A stretch of 64,000 nucleotides of DNA from Hemiscyllium ocellatum (taxonomy: Eukaryota): NCBI RefSeq assembly GCF_020745735.1, contig NC_083409.1, forward strand, positions 16,800,303-16,864,302. The letters run 5' to 3'. The position numbers were made by a program, and so were the translations under genes. Below, one piece after another: positions 49,200 through 62,118 of the stretch (within the stretch, counting starts at the first letter, position 1; every line of letters begins with the position of its first letter). The notes under the pieces were generated by a model. That model saw only the letters and a list, made by a program, of their open reading frames with translations, ran no database searches and was not told the origin of the DNA.

Positions 49200-51060
49200 T
49201 TGTTCTTTGAACTGAGGAAGCTCAAAGGAACAGAGTGATCTTGGGTGCTTCTCCACTGATCCCTGAATATGGCAAGACAGGTTAACAGAGCAGTTATGAA
49301 GGCATAGGGGACACTTGGCTTTGTCATGTCAGGTATTGGTTATAAAAGCAGGAGGATATGGTGCAGTTAAGCAGAACATTGGTTAGGCCACAGCTGGAGT
49401 ACTGTGTGCAGTTCAGGTCACCACACTGTAGGAAGGAGGTGATTGCACTGGTTGGGGTGCAGAGGGGAATCACCAGGATGTTGTGTGGGATGGAACCTCG
49501 CAGTGATGAAGAGAAATTGGATCAGCTCGGGTTGTTTTCTTCAGAGCAGAGAAGGTGGAGGGGGGACCTGATAGAGGTGTATAAGGTTATGAGGGGAATT
49601 GGCAGGGAGGTGAGAAAGCAGCTGTTCTCCTTCTTGGGAGGGTCAATAACAAGTTGACTCACATTCAATGTGAAAGCTAGGAGGCTTCAAGATGTTTTAA
49701 GGAAAATGTTTTTCATCCAGAGGTTGGTGTGCATCTGGAATGCACAGCCTGAGAGGGGAGTTGAGGTGGGAAACCTCACAAAGTTTAAAATGTACTTGGG
49801 TGAGCAGTTGAAATGTCATAACATTCAAGCTGTGGGCCTCATGTTGGAAAGTGGGACTGGTATAGGTTTAGTGTAGTGTGGCTGGTACACAGTTAATGAA
49901 CTGAAGGGCCTCCTCTGTACTGTGTGATTTTCTGATTCTGTCGTGGGTAGTTTCAGGCTCCTTAACTGAGGAAGGATGTTCTGGCTGTGGGGGGAGGGCA
50001 GTGAAGGTTTACCAGACTGATTCCTGGGAAGACAGCACTTAGATCTGATGAGAAACTGGATCAGTTAGGATTATATTCATTGGCACTTAGAAGATTGAAA
50101 GGAATCATATTGTAACCTTGAAAATCCGAACAGGACAAGACTAGAACAACACAGGGAGGATGTTCCTGATGACTGGGGAATCCAGAACTACGAATTATGG
50201 TTTAAAGAAAAGGGAAAGGTTATTTCAGACTGAGCTGAGGAGACATTTCTTTAGCCAGAGACTGGGAAGCTCGTGGAATGTTCTATCACAGAAAGCAGTT
50301 GAGACCAAAACATTCAATATTTTCAAGAGAGGATAAGTATTTTCTTAGGACTAAAGGGGATAAATTTTATGGAGAAAAAATGGGAGCAGGGGACTAAGTT
50401 GGATGATCAGCCGTAGTCATATTGAATGGCAGAGCCAACTCGAAGGGCTGAATGGCTTCCTCTTGCTCCTAGTTCCTTTGTTTCTATGTTTGAGAGACTG
50501 TTCATAAACATGGAAACATATGGAATTATAGAGTCTTAGAGCCATCGAGTCCTACAGCACAGACACAGGCCCTTTGGCCCAAAATGGACCGTGCTGACCA
50601 AAATTTCCATCCATGCTAACCCCATTTCCCTGCACTTGGCCCATATCCTTCAAATGTTTTCCTATCTATGTATTTGTTCAAATGTCTTTTAAATATTGTT
50701 AATGTATCCACCTCAATCACTTCAGCTGGCATCTCATTCCACATGCGTGCCACCCTCTGTGTAAAAATGTTGCCCCTCAGGTTCCCTTTTATTCATTTCT
50801 CTCTAACACTAAACTGATGCCCTCTCATCCTCGATTCTCCAAACCTATCCATGTCTCTCATGATCTTATACACTTCTAAAGGTTTCCCAACCAGTCTCTT
50901 ACACTCTAAGAAAAAAGTCCTAACTTGCCTAACTTCTCCCTATATGTTGAGTCCAGGCAACATCCTTGTAAATTTCTTCTGTGCTCTTTCTGGTTTAGTA
51001 ATATCCTTCCTATAACAAGGTGACCAAACTGAATACAATATTCCAAGTGCGACCTCACTG
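49200..51060. mobile_element. Cluster of CR1 3' fragments on both strands
   Basis: RTLVRPQLEYCVQFRSPHCRKEVIAL (49358-49657) and repeated CR1 tails. Confidence 0.85.
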
Positions 51061-52029
51061 ACATCCTGTACAAGATTAGAGATTAGATTCCCTCCAGTGT
51101 GGAAACAGGTCTTCGGTCCAACCAATCCACACCAACCCTCTGAAGAGTAACCCACCTAGACCCATTTCCCACTGACTAATGTACCTTAGACTATGGCCAA
51201 TTTAACATGGCCAATTCACCTGACCTGCACATCAAACTTACTAATCATGCCTTACAGTTTCTCATCCAAATCATTAATATTGATAACAAACAGTAATGGG
51301 GCCAGCACTGAGCCCTGAGGCACTCCACTCAACACAGGCCTCCAGTCTGACAAGCATCCTTCCAATATTACCTCTGCTTCCTATCATCAAGACAGTGATA
51401 GAAAAGTATTTGTCTTTGGTTAGGAATTAGTTTGGAGGTAGGAGACAGAGAAGAGGGATAATGCTCTCCAATAAACAAGATGTGAATAGTGGTGTCCCCA
51501 GGGATTTGTGCAGGGGCCTCAGTATTTCACGATATTTCTCAATGACTTGGATGAAGGAATAGAGAGCCAATTATCCAAGATTGCTGACCACACGGAGTGA
51601 GGCAGCTTGGAGGAGGTTACAGAGATAGGGAGAGTGGAGGGCAGAGAGGGATTTGAGAACAACGATGAGAATTTGAAAATCGAGGTGTTGCTTGACCAGG
51701 AGCCAATATAGGCACGAGGTGCAGGGGGTTGTGGGAACGGGACTTGGTGCAAGTTTGGATACGGGCTGCATAATTTTGGATGAGCTGAAGGATACGGAGG
51801 GCAGTGGCTGTGATGTGCATCAGCCATTGGAATGGTCATGTTTGGAGCCCCATAAACCTGGCTGAGATTTTCAGTGGCTGATCTTTGTGATATGGAAGAT
51901 ATGGGGCTTAGATCATTCTCAAACATGAGACCCAGTTTGTAAAGAGTCTGGTTGAGCAGCAGACAGTGCTCAGGGAGAGGGATGGAGTTTATACCAGAAT
52001 CTGAAGAGGATGGCTTTGATCTTCCCAAT

Positions 52030-52295
52030 ATGTTTCACAGTGAGCCTGGCACCTCAGTCCTGACTGCTCTTAGCTGCTGTGATTGTCACTGATTAGACAC
52101 TTATTATTAGAGATTCTGACCACAGCAGAAAGCCCCAGTGTAAAAAATAACTGCAAAGGCTGTCAGATCGCAAGGTTGAAACTTCACCAAAAGAGGAAGA
52201 GAAAGAAGGAGCTCAGAGCAGCTGGGTGTTTGTTACTGAGACAGGAGAAAACTGTGAACCATCTGCACTCCCTGGAATCTGACAGCACAGGAGGC
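52030..52295. promoter_or_regulatory. Candidate lymphoid enhancer, copy 2
   Basis: GGAAGAGAAA 52195-52204, ACCACA 52119-52124, TAACTG 52148-52153, CAGCTG 52219-52224. Confidence 0.45.
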
Positions 52296-54280
52296 TGGTT
52301 CTAGGATTTATTTTTTGCAGAAACAGCACAGTTTTGGAAAAGGTGTCAGTCATTCTCTCACAAACACACACGCCTGCACTCGGAGATCAGAAACAGAATC
52401 CAGCAGCTGCTCTGTCTCCAAGCTGTGAAACCTGCACAGAATTGTTCCCTCATTCAGTTTATAACTGGCAGGATAGACCAAGCAGGGGAAAAAACACAGT
52501 GGTGTATACAGTCGGAAGGGAGTTGCCCTGAGAGTCCTCACCATTAACTATGGAATCCATGAAGCCTCATGACAGCAGGTCAAACATGGGGAAGGAAACC
52601 TCCTGCTGATTATCACATAGCACCGCCCTCCGCTCCAACCTCAACTGAGCAGTCAGTCCTCCTCCATGTTGAACAACACTTGGAGGAAGCACTGAGGATG
52701 GGAATGATGCAGGATATACCCTGAGTAAGGGACTTCGAAGTCCACCATCAAAAGCTGCTCAGAAGCATCACTACTGAGCAAGCTGGTCACGCTCCACCTG
52801 ATTCAGCTGCGAGACTGGACCTGGGGCAGGTGGTGAGGGAACCAACAAGAGGGAAAAACATACTCACTATCACCTTCACCAATCTGCCTGCTGGTGTATC
52901 TGTCCATGACAGTATCAGTAAGAGTGACCACAGCACAGACCGTGTGGAGACAAAATCCTGTCTTCCCTTTGAGATTATCTTACATTCTGTTGGGCAAGAG
53001 ATATGGAATGTCAGAAAGAACTTTGATTTTAGCAGCAATTGTCAAAGTCTTGGAAATTAGTGCCCATTCAGGTGAGACAGGTGAAGAAACTCAGTGATTG
53101 CAATGGCAGATTGGATGGGCTCTTAATGGAAATAAACCTGCAAGGCCCTGGGGGTCGAGTAGGGGAGGGGGTGGGACTGACTGGATTGCTCCATGAAATG
53201 ACAGCATTTCCCTGACAGGCTGAATGTTCTCCCCCTGTGCTGGAAATAGGTCTCACTCAATGAGGGGTTCACAGTTAGAGAGTCTGGATGCAGTAAATAC
53301 AGGACAAATTGTTTCTCCAGGCAGGAGGGTCAGTAACCAGAGGGCACACATTTCAGAAAGGGTCTGAAGTACAAGAGAGAAGATAGGAACATTTTTTATC
53401 CAGCGAGTTCATGATGACTGTCTGCAAGGTGAGTGGAAGTGGATTCAACAGCAACTTTCAAAAGGGCATTTGGAGAAATAGCTGAAAAGGAAATAATTGC
53501 AGTTATACAGGAAGGGCTGGGGAAATGGGACTCATTGGACTCATTTGACTAACAGTCGCAATTAACCCAGTGACCTCTGTCTGTGCTGTTTTAGAGCTTA
53601 CACATACTTAGACTCACCTTTACACAAAGACTGGGAGAAACAGACAACCCAGTTTACAGAAGAGTGTTTTCTCAAGGGAAACTCTCTTGAACCAACTCAG
53701 GGAACAGGCCAGACTAGATTTACTGATGAGGAATAATTCAGCAAATCAATGGCAAAGGAACAGTGAACCAAAAGTGATGGGATTGAACAGTATATTCAAT
53801 AGCACAACCATTCAGAGGGGGAGGGATCAAGGGCAGGAAGTCCGAGAGCATGCTGTAGGGGTCTGAAGGCTCTGCTGTCAATGGTGGGACGGAGCAAGCA
53901 GCAATGGGCAGGAGACCAGAGACAGAAGATGGAAGGGGGAGAGAGGGAATGTGAGTCTGCAGCAGGACACAGACGGAGGGAGGCCATGGTGGCAATTGGC
54001 TGGCAGTGAGGTCAGGGGTCATTCTGGAATGAGAGATGGATAAGACAGGGAAGGGCCCACTCCATATCAGACAAATTGGAGTTTATGGAATATGGCTTTA
54101 GGAAGCTAGGAGAGGACATTAGAATCATAGAGTTAGGGAGCAGGACGAGCAGGAATTAGGGTTTCTGTGGTCAAGGGGGCGAGGTAGTGCAGAGACAATG
54201 TTGTTGAGATTGAAATAAGAGGCATACGTGATGGAAAGGATGTGGGGTTTGCAGCTCAGGTGCTGGATAGTCCTGAGGGA

Positions 54281-55810
54281 AGGAGGGCCATGTTTACTGG
54301 TCTCTTCTGGAGCATCCAGTGGGAAGGAGGTCCCTGTTTATTGGTGTCTATTGGAGGTTCCAGTGGAAAGAGGTCCATGTTTATTGGTGTCTATTGGGAG
54401 GTGGTCCATGTATACATCATTAAAGAGTCATAGAGGTTTACAGCATGGGACCAGGCCGTTCAGCTCAACTCATCCATGCCGACCAAGTATCCAAAACTGA
54501 ACTAGTTCCATTTGCATGTGTTTGGCCCAATTCTCTCTAAATCCTTCCTATCCATGTTCCTGTAAAAATGTCCTTGAAATGTAGTAATTGTACTCACCTC
54601 TACGAATTCTTCTGGCAGCTCATTACACATACACACTAACCTCTGTGTGAAAATGTTGCCCCTCAGTTTCCTACTAATTTTTTCCCCTCTCAACTTAAGT
54701 TACTCCTTCTAGTACTGGACTCTTCTACCCTGAGGAAAAGACTTTGATTATTCACCTTATCTATGACCCTCATGATTCTATAAACCTCTATAAGGTCACC
54801 CCTCAGTCTCCTGCATTCCTTGGAAAAACATCTTGGCCTATTCATCCTCATCTTGTAATTCAAATCCTCCAATCTTGATAACATCCCTGTTAATCTTTCT
54901 TGTATTCAAACCACTGTCATAACTTCCTTCCTATAGCAGGGTGAGCAGAAATGTACTGTGTCCAAATGTGGCCTTCCCAATGCCTTGTACAGCTGTAACA
55001 TGATGTCCCAGCTCCTGTACTCACTGCTTTGACCAGTGTAGGTGAGCATGCCAAATACTTTCTTCACCACCCTGTCTACCTGTGACCCCACTTCCAAGGA
55101 ACTATGTACCTGTACCCCTCAGACTCTCTGTTCAACAACACTCCCCATGGCTCTACCATTAATTGTGTAATTCCTGCCCTGGTTTGTCTTCCCAAAATGC
55201 AACTCCTTCCATTTATCAAAATTTCCATCTGGATATGTTGACCCACTGGCCCAGTTGATCAAGATGACATTGCACTCTTGGATAACCTTCTTCCCTGTCC
55301 ACTATGCCAACAATTTTAACATCAGCCACAAACTTACTGACCATTCCTGCTATTTTCTCATCCAAATTACTCATATAAATGATGAACAACAGTGGATCCA
55401 GGATCGATTCTTTTGACAGGCAGTTGGTCACTGGCCTCCAGTCTGAAGAACAACCCTCTCTCACCAGCCTCTGCCTCCTATCATCAGGCCAATTTTATAT
55501 CCAATTGGTGAGCTCTCCCTGGATCCTGTGTGATATAATCTTACTGAGCAGTCTACCATAGGGAACCTTGTATTAACTCCATGTAGACAGAGTGTACTAC
55601 TCCATCTTTACCTATCTTCTTGCTTACTTCTTCAAAAACTCAACCATCTACTCATCTCCATTGGAAGTTCCAGTGATTAGGAGGCCCATATTTATTGATC
55701 TGTCTTGGAGGATCCAGTCAGAAGGAGACCAATGTTTACTGGTCTCTAGTGGAGGCTCTTGCAGGAAGGAGGCCATGTTTACTGGACTCTGTAGGAGAGT
55801 CCAGTGCATC
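54281..55810 (+). repeat. About 42-bp minisatellite in two parts (54281-54410 and 55661-55810)
   Basis: Unit approximately ggaggccatgtttactggtctctantggaggntccagtgggaa. Confidence 0.7.
54420..55600 (-). mobile_element. CR1 3' fragment splitting a minisatellite
   Basis: LYKALGRPHLDTV, SKFVADVKIVG. Confidence 0.85.
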
Positions 55811-56340
55811 ATGGACTCCAAGGTGAGTGTGGGGTTCAGTTCCTTTCTGTTGTAACTGTGTAATGGTTCAACCCACATCCCAGTAAAACACCCTGACTCA
55901 GAGACTGATCATGGAAAGGGAAAGAGAGGGGTAGGAGAGGGGAAGCGATTGGAAAATATTGTGAATGGACAGGCTGGATCAGTGGGTCAGAGCCTGTGCT
56001 GCCCCCCCCAGCTCACACTGATGGCCTGAGGATCTCCTCTCTCTGCTGGGCCTCCATGGAATGGGCTTTGTGTCCAAACCAGTCCCCAGTGAGAACAGGC
56101 CAAAAGCACAGAACTGCCCTTCATTTGACAAGAATCTAGCCATCTTTCTGAGAGAGGCCAAATCCAGGTCAATGTGGAAAATGGGGCCTTACTCCCGGAG
56201 AAAACATGCTTCTGGGGTCAAGGGTTAACATCCATGAGTGGAGCAGAGAGAGGGAGATACATCCTGAATTCAACTGCCACAACCTGGGACACTGTGAGAA
56301 AGAGAGAGAAGTGAGTCAGAGACAAAGGGTGAGTGTCTGT

Positions 56341-56404
<64 letters not shown>

Positions 56405-57740
56405 AAGTGAGAGACATGAGTATGATTAGAAACAGAATGACAGAGAGGGAGGGAGTGCGACTGTAGATTGGGAATACAGAGAGGGAGGGAGAGAGACAGA
56501 GGGAGGTATAGAGAGGAGAGATAACAGAGGATTTAAATTGAAGCGAGAGAGGGAAGGAGTTATGGAGACAGTGAGAGATGGAAAAATAAAAATTATGAGA
56601 TGGAGTGAGAAAGCATGAGTGAATTGGGGAGAGTGGCTATGAGACAGAGTGAGAGAGAGAGAGAACATGAATGAGATTAACAGGAGGAGAGAGAGGGATA
56701 GAGAGAAAGAAGTGGCAGATGTGAGACAGAGAGAGAGAGAGAGAGAGGTGGATAGGTCCTGGTCACCACATTCTGGGAAGGATGTGACTGTACTTGAGAG
56801 GGTGCAGAGATTTACCAAGATGCTGCCTGGGATGGAGGGTCAGCTGTGGGGAAATCTTGGAAAGGTTGGGATTGTTTCCTTGGAGCAGTGAAGGCTGAGA
56901 GGGGACATGATAGAGGGGGATAAGATTATTTGGGGCAGTGATAGCGTGGGTAAGAAGGCACTTTATATGTCAGTAAAGTACTCAATAACCTGTGTCCCAG
57001 GTAACACAGACATGGACACAGAAACTCGGAACTGGAGTAGGCCTTTTGGCCCTTTGAGCCTGCTCTGTCATTCATTATGATCATGGCTGATCCTCCATCT
57101 CAAAACCATATTCCTGCTTTCTCCCCATTCCCTTCATGCTGTTAAAATGCAAAACAATTATCTCTCTCCTTTTCTTGAATTTATTCAGTTCCTTGGGTTC
57201 CACAGTTGTCCTACCCTTTGAGTGAAGAAATGTTTCCTCATCTCAGTCCTAAATGGTCTACCCTGTATCCCCCTGAGACTGGGTCCCCTGATTCCAGACT
57301 TCCCAACCAGGGGAAACCTCCTCCCTGCCCAGCCCTGTTAGAATTTTATACATCTCAATCAGATTCCCTCTCATCCTTCTGAACTTGAGTGAGTCCAGGC
57401 CCAGTCAAATTGGAGTGAGAGGAGAATTGAGGAGAAATGTTTTCACCCAGAGGGTGGTGGGAGTCTGGAACTCACTGCCTGAAAGGCTGGTTGAGTCACA
57501 AACTCTCGTGACACTGGAGCAGTGTTTAGATATTCCCTTGTGTTGCTGTAGCCTCCAGGCTGATGGGTCAAGAGCTGGAGGATGGGATTAGTGTCATCAG
57601 ATCTTTGTTTACTCACACAGACACAATGGGCTAAATGGCCTCATTCAATGTTGTTCACATCAATGATTCTCTGAGAGAGCGAGAGAGAGAGCGAGAGAAG
57701 GAAGTGTGAGGGGCTGACGTGGCTCTCTCTGCCTGATGCC

Positions 57741-57794
57741 ATTTACATACTGAGGAACACCCAGTCAGACTCTCACAGGCTGCAGCTTTATAAA
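57741..57794 (+). promoter_or_regulatory. V promoter of the unjoined cluster: ATTTACAT (57741-57748), TTTATAAA (57787-57794)
   Basis: Mirror image of the promoter at 26894-26947. Confidence 0.7.
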
Positions 57795-57854
57795 GCAGAG
57801 CCCAGTGAAGGGAGAATTGATCAGGAACGAGGCACAGGGACAGGAGCACACACC

Positions 57855-57903
57855 ATGATTTCACACATCCAGTTAATCTGGCCCCTGGCATTCTGTATCG
57901 CAG
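57855..57903 (+). CDS. Leader exon of the unjoined cluster, MISHIQLIWPLAFCIA(G)
   Basis: ATG at 57855, 49 nt, donor G|GTACAA, 186-nt intron. Confidence 0.92.
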
Positions 57904-58089
57904 GTACAAATCTCTCTCCTTCCACCTTGAATCTTTAGCTGCTCTCCACTTGACTCCAATTCCACTGACTTGTGATTGAAGGGAAAATGCTGAAACCAGA
58001 GGAATGCTCAGTGTCTCCAACAATCTCTCATTTGACCGGCTCTTTCTGTGACAGTTCTGACTTCACTGTGTTTCTCTCTGACCCCTCAG

Positions 58090-58385
58090 GTATCAGTGGG
58101 GACATCATCATGACCCAGTCTCCCCCGGTGCTGTCAGTGGGACTGGGCCAGACTGCAACCACCACCTGTATGACCAGTCAAAGCATTAGCAGCAACCTTG
58201 CTTGGTACCAGCCGCGAGAAGGTCAGAAACCCTCTCTCCTGATCTATAATGCAGCAACTCGATTCACAGGAGTCTCCGATCGATTCACCGGCAGTGGATC
58301 AGGGACCAGTTTCACCCTGACAATCAGCAACATTCAGAATGAGGATGTCACTGACTATTACTGTCAGCAGTATAGCAGCAGCCTT
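58090..58385 (+). CDS. IGKV: Unrearranged kappa-type V segment (open frame, probably unable to rearrange)
   Basis: [23 protein letters not shown]...WYQP...[15 protein letters not shown] followed by an RSS. Some normally conserved framework residues are altered (WYQQ>WYQP, DVAD>DVTD). Confidence 0.93.
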
Positions 58386-58413
58386 TACAGTGATACAGAG
58401 CCATACAAAAACC
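58386..58413 (+). other. 12-bp-spacer recombination signal sequence with mutated heptamer
   Basis: TACAGTG (consensus CACAGTG) + ATACAGAGCCAT (12 nt) + perfect nonamer ACAAAAACC. Confidence 0.95.
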
Positions 58414-58857
58414 TCAATATGCACAACACCACCTTCTGTACTGACACATCCAACAGTTATATGAAATGTATAATAAGGGACAGATAGTCCCACCTCTTGC
58501 ACTGACACGTCCACAGTTATATATAAAGTAAATTGAACAAATTACCCCATGCTGGGTTTGTCACTGTCTACTACACATTCCAGTCCCTGTAGTGTCCACC
58601 TCTCACTGAAGGCCTCAAGTTTCCCTCTTACACTCCATGGCCACATGTGAAGAACAGCTGCAAGATTTAACAATGAAAACTAAATTTCACAAACCCCCGA
58701 GAGTAGCTGGACACAACCCAGGGAGACAGAGAGAGAAAGACACATGAATGAGGGAGAGACAGAGAGGGGTAGGGAGTGAATGAGATTGACCAAGAATAGA
58801 CAGAGACAGAGAGAGACAGGGAGAGGTTGAGAGTGACAGGGGGAAGCAGAGAGCAGA

Positions 58858-58896
58858 GGTTTTTATACAGCCTCTGCACTGGGAGCTCTCACTGTG
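58858..58896 (+). other. 23-bp-spacer recombination signal sequence of J
   Basis: GGTTTTTAT (one mismatch to GGTTTTTGT) + 23 nt + perfect CACTGTG. V-12/J-23 is the kappa configuration. Confidence 0.95.
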
Positions 58897-58930
58897 TACA
58901 CGTTCGGGAAAGGAACCAAACTCAGACTGA
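58897..58930 (+). CDS. IGKJ: Germline J segment [11 protein letters not shown]
   Basis: FGxG motif, 34 nt, near-identical to the J half of the fused exon; followed by A|GCAAGT instead of A|GTAAGT. Confidence 0.95.
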
Positions 58931-59304
58931 GCAAGTAAACCTCAATTGTCCGTTATTAACCCTGTCAATACTGAAACACACTTTCTAAAACACAAATGCT
59001 GAATTGTTGAAGGTGTTAGTGGGGAGCTGCAGTGAATGAAATGGTTGATTGAGGAGCACTGTGGCGAACAGGGTGTCCAGCTGTACTTCTTTAGTTCCAT
59101 TGCCCCGCTTAAGCAGCAAGACAGAAGTCAGTCAGTTTTACTCACTGTGTGGAGGAGCTCTGTCCATTTTCAGCCTGTGGTCCCATTCCTGCAGCATGGA
59201 GTGAAATCAGTGAGTAGCCTCCTGCCAGTCTCAGTGTGACAGACTCAGGGCAGAGTTTGATGTGAGCTCTGGCTCCCTGTCCCAGCCTCTGATCTCACTG
59301 ACCT

Positions 59305-59342
<38 letters not shown>

Positions 59343-61805
59343 CAGTGAGACACCGAGCTCCCACCTCCCCCAGCTTTAACTCTGCTCAATCACACAATCA
59401 CAGAATTGTTACAGTGCACAAGGAGACCATTCCACCCATCCTGTCTGGACCGGCTCTCTGAATGAGCAATTCACTGAGTGTCATTCTCCTGCCTTCTCCC
59501 TGTCACCCTGCACATTGTTCCTTTTCAAATAACAGCCTCATTCCCCTCGGAATGTTTTAATTGAAGCTGCCTCCACCACACTCTCAGGCAGTGCACTCCA
59601 CACCTTAACCACCCTAAAAATGTTGTTCCCCATCTCACTTTTGTTACTTTTCCCAATTGCTTTCGATCTGTGGTCTCTTGGTCTGAATCCTTTCTTAATT
59701 GGGAACATTTTCTCCCTATTTACTCTGTCCAGGCCCTTCCTGACTCTGAATTCCTTGAACAAATCTCCTCTCAGCCTTCTCCAAAGAAGACAGTCCCAAA
59801 TTCTCCAATCAAACTTCATAACTGATGTTCCTCATCCCTGGAATGATCTTTGGGAACAATTTTTGCCATCGCTACAAAACATTCGCCTCCTTCCAGAATT
59901 CTTCACATTATCTATGTCCCTCATGATTTTCCAAACCTCTACAAGGTCACTCCTCAGAACCTTCCGCTTCAGGGGAAGAAGTCTCAGCTTTTCCAGCAAC
60001 TCATAGTCACAGAGTCATACCGCGTGGAAACAGACCTTTCAGTCCAACTTGTCCATGCTAACCAAATATCCTAAACTGATCTCATCCCATTTGCCAGCAT
60101 TTGGCTTACATCTCTCGAAAACCAGCCTATCCATGTACCCATCCCAATGTGTTTTAAATGCTGTAACTGTATCTGCCTCCAACACTTTCTCTGGCAGCTC
60201 AATCCAGACACGCACCACCCTCTGTGTGACAAGTTACCCCTCAGGTCCCTTTTGAATCTTTTGCCTCTCACCTTAAACTTATGTCCTCTTGTTTTGGAAT
60301 CCCTTTCCCACGGAAAAGACCTTGGATATACACCCAGTTCATGCCCCTCATGGTTTTATAAACATCTATAACGTCACCCCGAGGCCTTAGATGCTGCAGA
60401 GAATATAGCCCCAGTTTCTTCAGCCTTTCCCGACAGCTCGAACCCTCCAAATCCTGGCCACATCCTTGTAAATCTTTTCTGCAGCTTTTTAAGTTTAACG
60501 ACATCCTTCCTACCTCAGGATGATAGAATTGTTCACATCATTCCCAAAGTGGCCTCACCAATCTCCTGTACTGCTCAACATTATGTTCCAACTCCTGTAC
60601 TCAATGCAGTGATGAACAAAAGCAAGCAAACCAAACACCTTCTTCATCACCCTGTCTACCTGTGACCCCACTTTCAAGGAATAATGTACCTGCATCTTCA
60701 CCCCTAGGTCTGTTATTCAGCAACACTCCACAGGGCCCTCCCATTAACTGTATAACTCCTGCCCTGGTTTGCCTTTCCAAAATGCAACATCTCACATTTA
60801 TCTAAACTGAACTCCATTTGCCACTCTTCTGCCCATTGCCCCATCTGATCAAGGTCCCGCTGTACCCTGAGATAATCTTCTTCACTATCCACTGTCCCAC
60901 CAATTTTGGTGTCATTTACAAACTTACCGTAACTCCTATATTCCCATCCAAATCATTTCTTTAAATGATGAAAAGCATTTGTGGACTCAGCACCAATCCT
61001 TGTGGCACACAGCTATTCACAGATCTCCAGTCTGAAAAGCAACCTTTTCCCACCACTCTCTGCCTCCAATCTTCAAGCCAATTTTTTGACTCCAATGGCT
61101 CGCTCCCCCTGGATCCCATGTGGTCTAACCTCACAACCAGTCTATCATGTGGAACCTTGTCAAACACTTTACTCTGAAGTTCATATTGACAATGTCTACT
61201 GTTCTGTCTTCATCAATTCTTTTGGTCACCTCCTGAATCAAATTCAGGAGACATGATTTCCTATGCACAAAGCCACACTGATTATCCAAACGATGTAAAT
61301 CCTGTCCCACAGAATCCACTCCAACATCTTACCCAGCACTGACATCAGGCTCACTGGTCTATAGTTCCCTTGCTTTTCCTTTCAGAAATAATGGCATAAT
61401 CTTAGCCAACCTCTCTGTTTCTCCAGCACCTTATCCATGGTTGCCGATGATACATATATCTCAGCAAGGGTCCCAAAAATCACTTCCCCAGTTGCCACAA
61501 TGTTCTGGGATACACCTGATCAGGTCCTCGGGTTTATCTACCTTTATGTGTTTTAAGATCTTTAGCGTCTCCTCATTTATATGTGTTCTCTTTTCAAGAC
61601 ATCACTATTTTTCCAAATTCCCTAGCTTTCCCCACAATATATACTGACCTAAAATATTTGTTCAGGATCTCACCCATCTCTTGTGTCTTACCAAAATATA
61701 GCACTCCCATTTATCTGAATTAAACTCCATCTGCCAGTCCACAGCCCACTGGCCCAGTTGGTCAATATTCCATTGTATTCTTAGACAGCCTTCTTCACTG
61801 CCAAT

Positions 61806-62118
61806 GATTAGATTAGATTCTCTACAGTTTGGAAACAAGCCCTTTGGCCCAACAAGTCCACACTGATCTCCGAAGAGTAACCCACCCAGACCCATTTCCC
61901 TCTCAGTAATGCATCAAACACTATGGACAATTTAGCATGGCCAATTCACCTGACCTGCACACCTCTGGACTGTGGAAGGAAACCAGAGCACCCGGAGGAA
62001 AAACACGCAGACACAGGGAGAATGTGCAAACTCCACACAGACAGTCACCCAAGGCTGGATTCAAACCTGGGACCCTGGTACTATAAGGCTGCAGTGCTAA
62101 CCACTGAGCCACCATGCT
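61806..62118 (-). mobile_element. HE1-type SINE, full length
   Basis: tRNA-like head, V-domain and (AATCT)n tail. A partial copy lies at about 51075-51235. Confidence 0.85.

Noticed and set aside
52333-52344. FGKG motif (TTTGGAAAAGGT) as an extra J segment
   Set aside because: No T-x-L/V continuation, no RSS upstream and no splice donor at the expected position.
57972-58487. 171-aa ORF as a single-exon protein
   Set aside because: The N-terminal part is leader intron and the C-terminal part is read-through of the RSS; the same applies to the N-terminal extension of ORF 26261-26716.
59136-59347. CACTGTG and CACAGTG heptamers in the J-C intron as additional RSSs
   Set aside because: No nonamer at 12 or 23 bp spacing.
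62060-62118. tRNA-like sequence
   Set aside because: It is the head of an HE1-type SINE and is continuous with the SINE body and tail.
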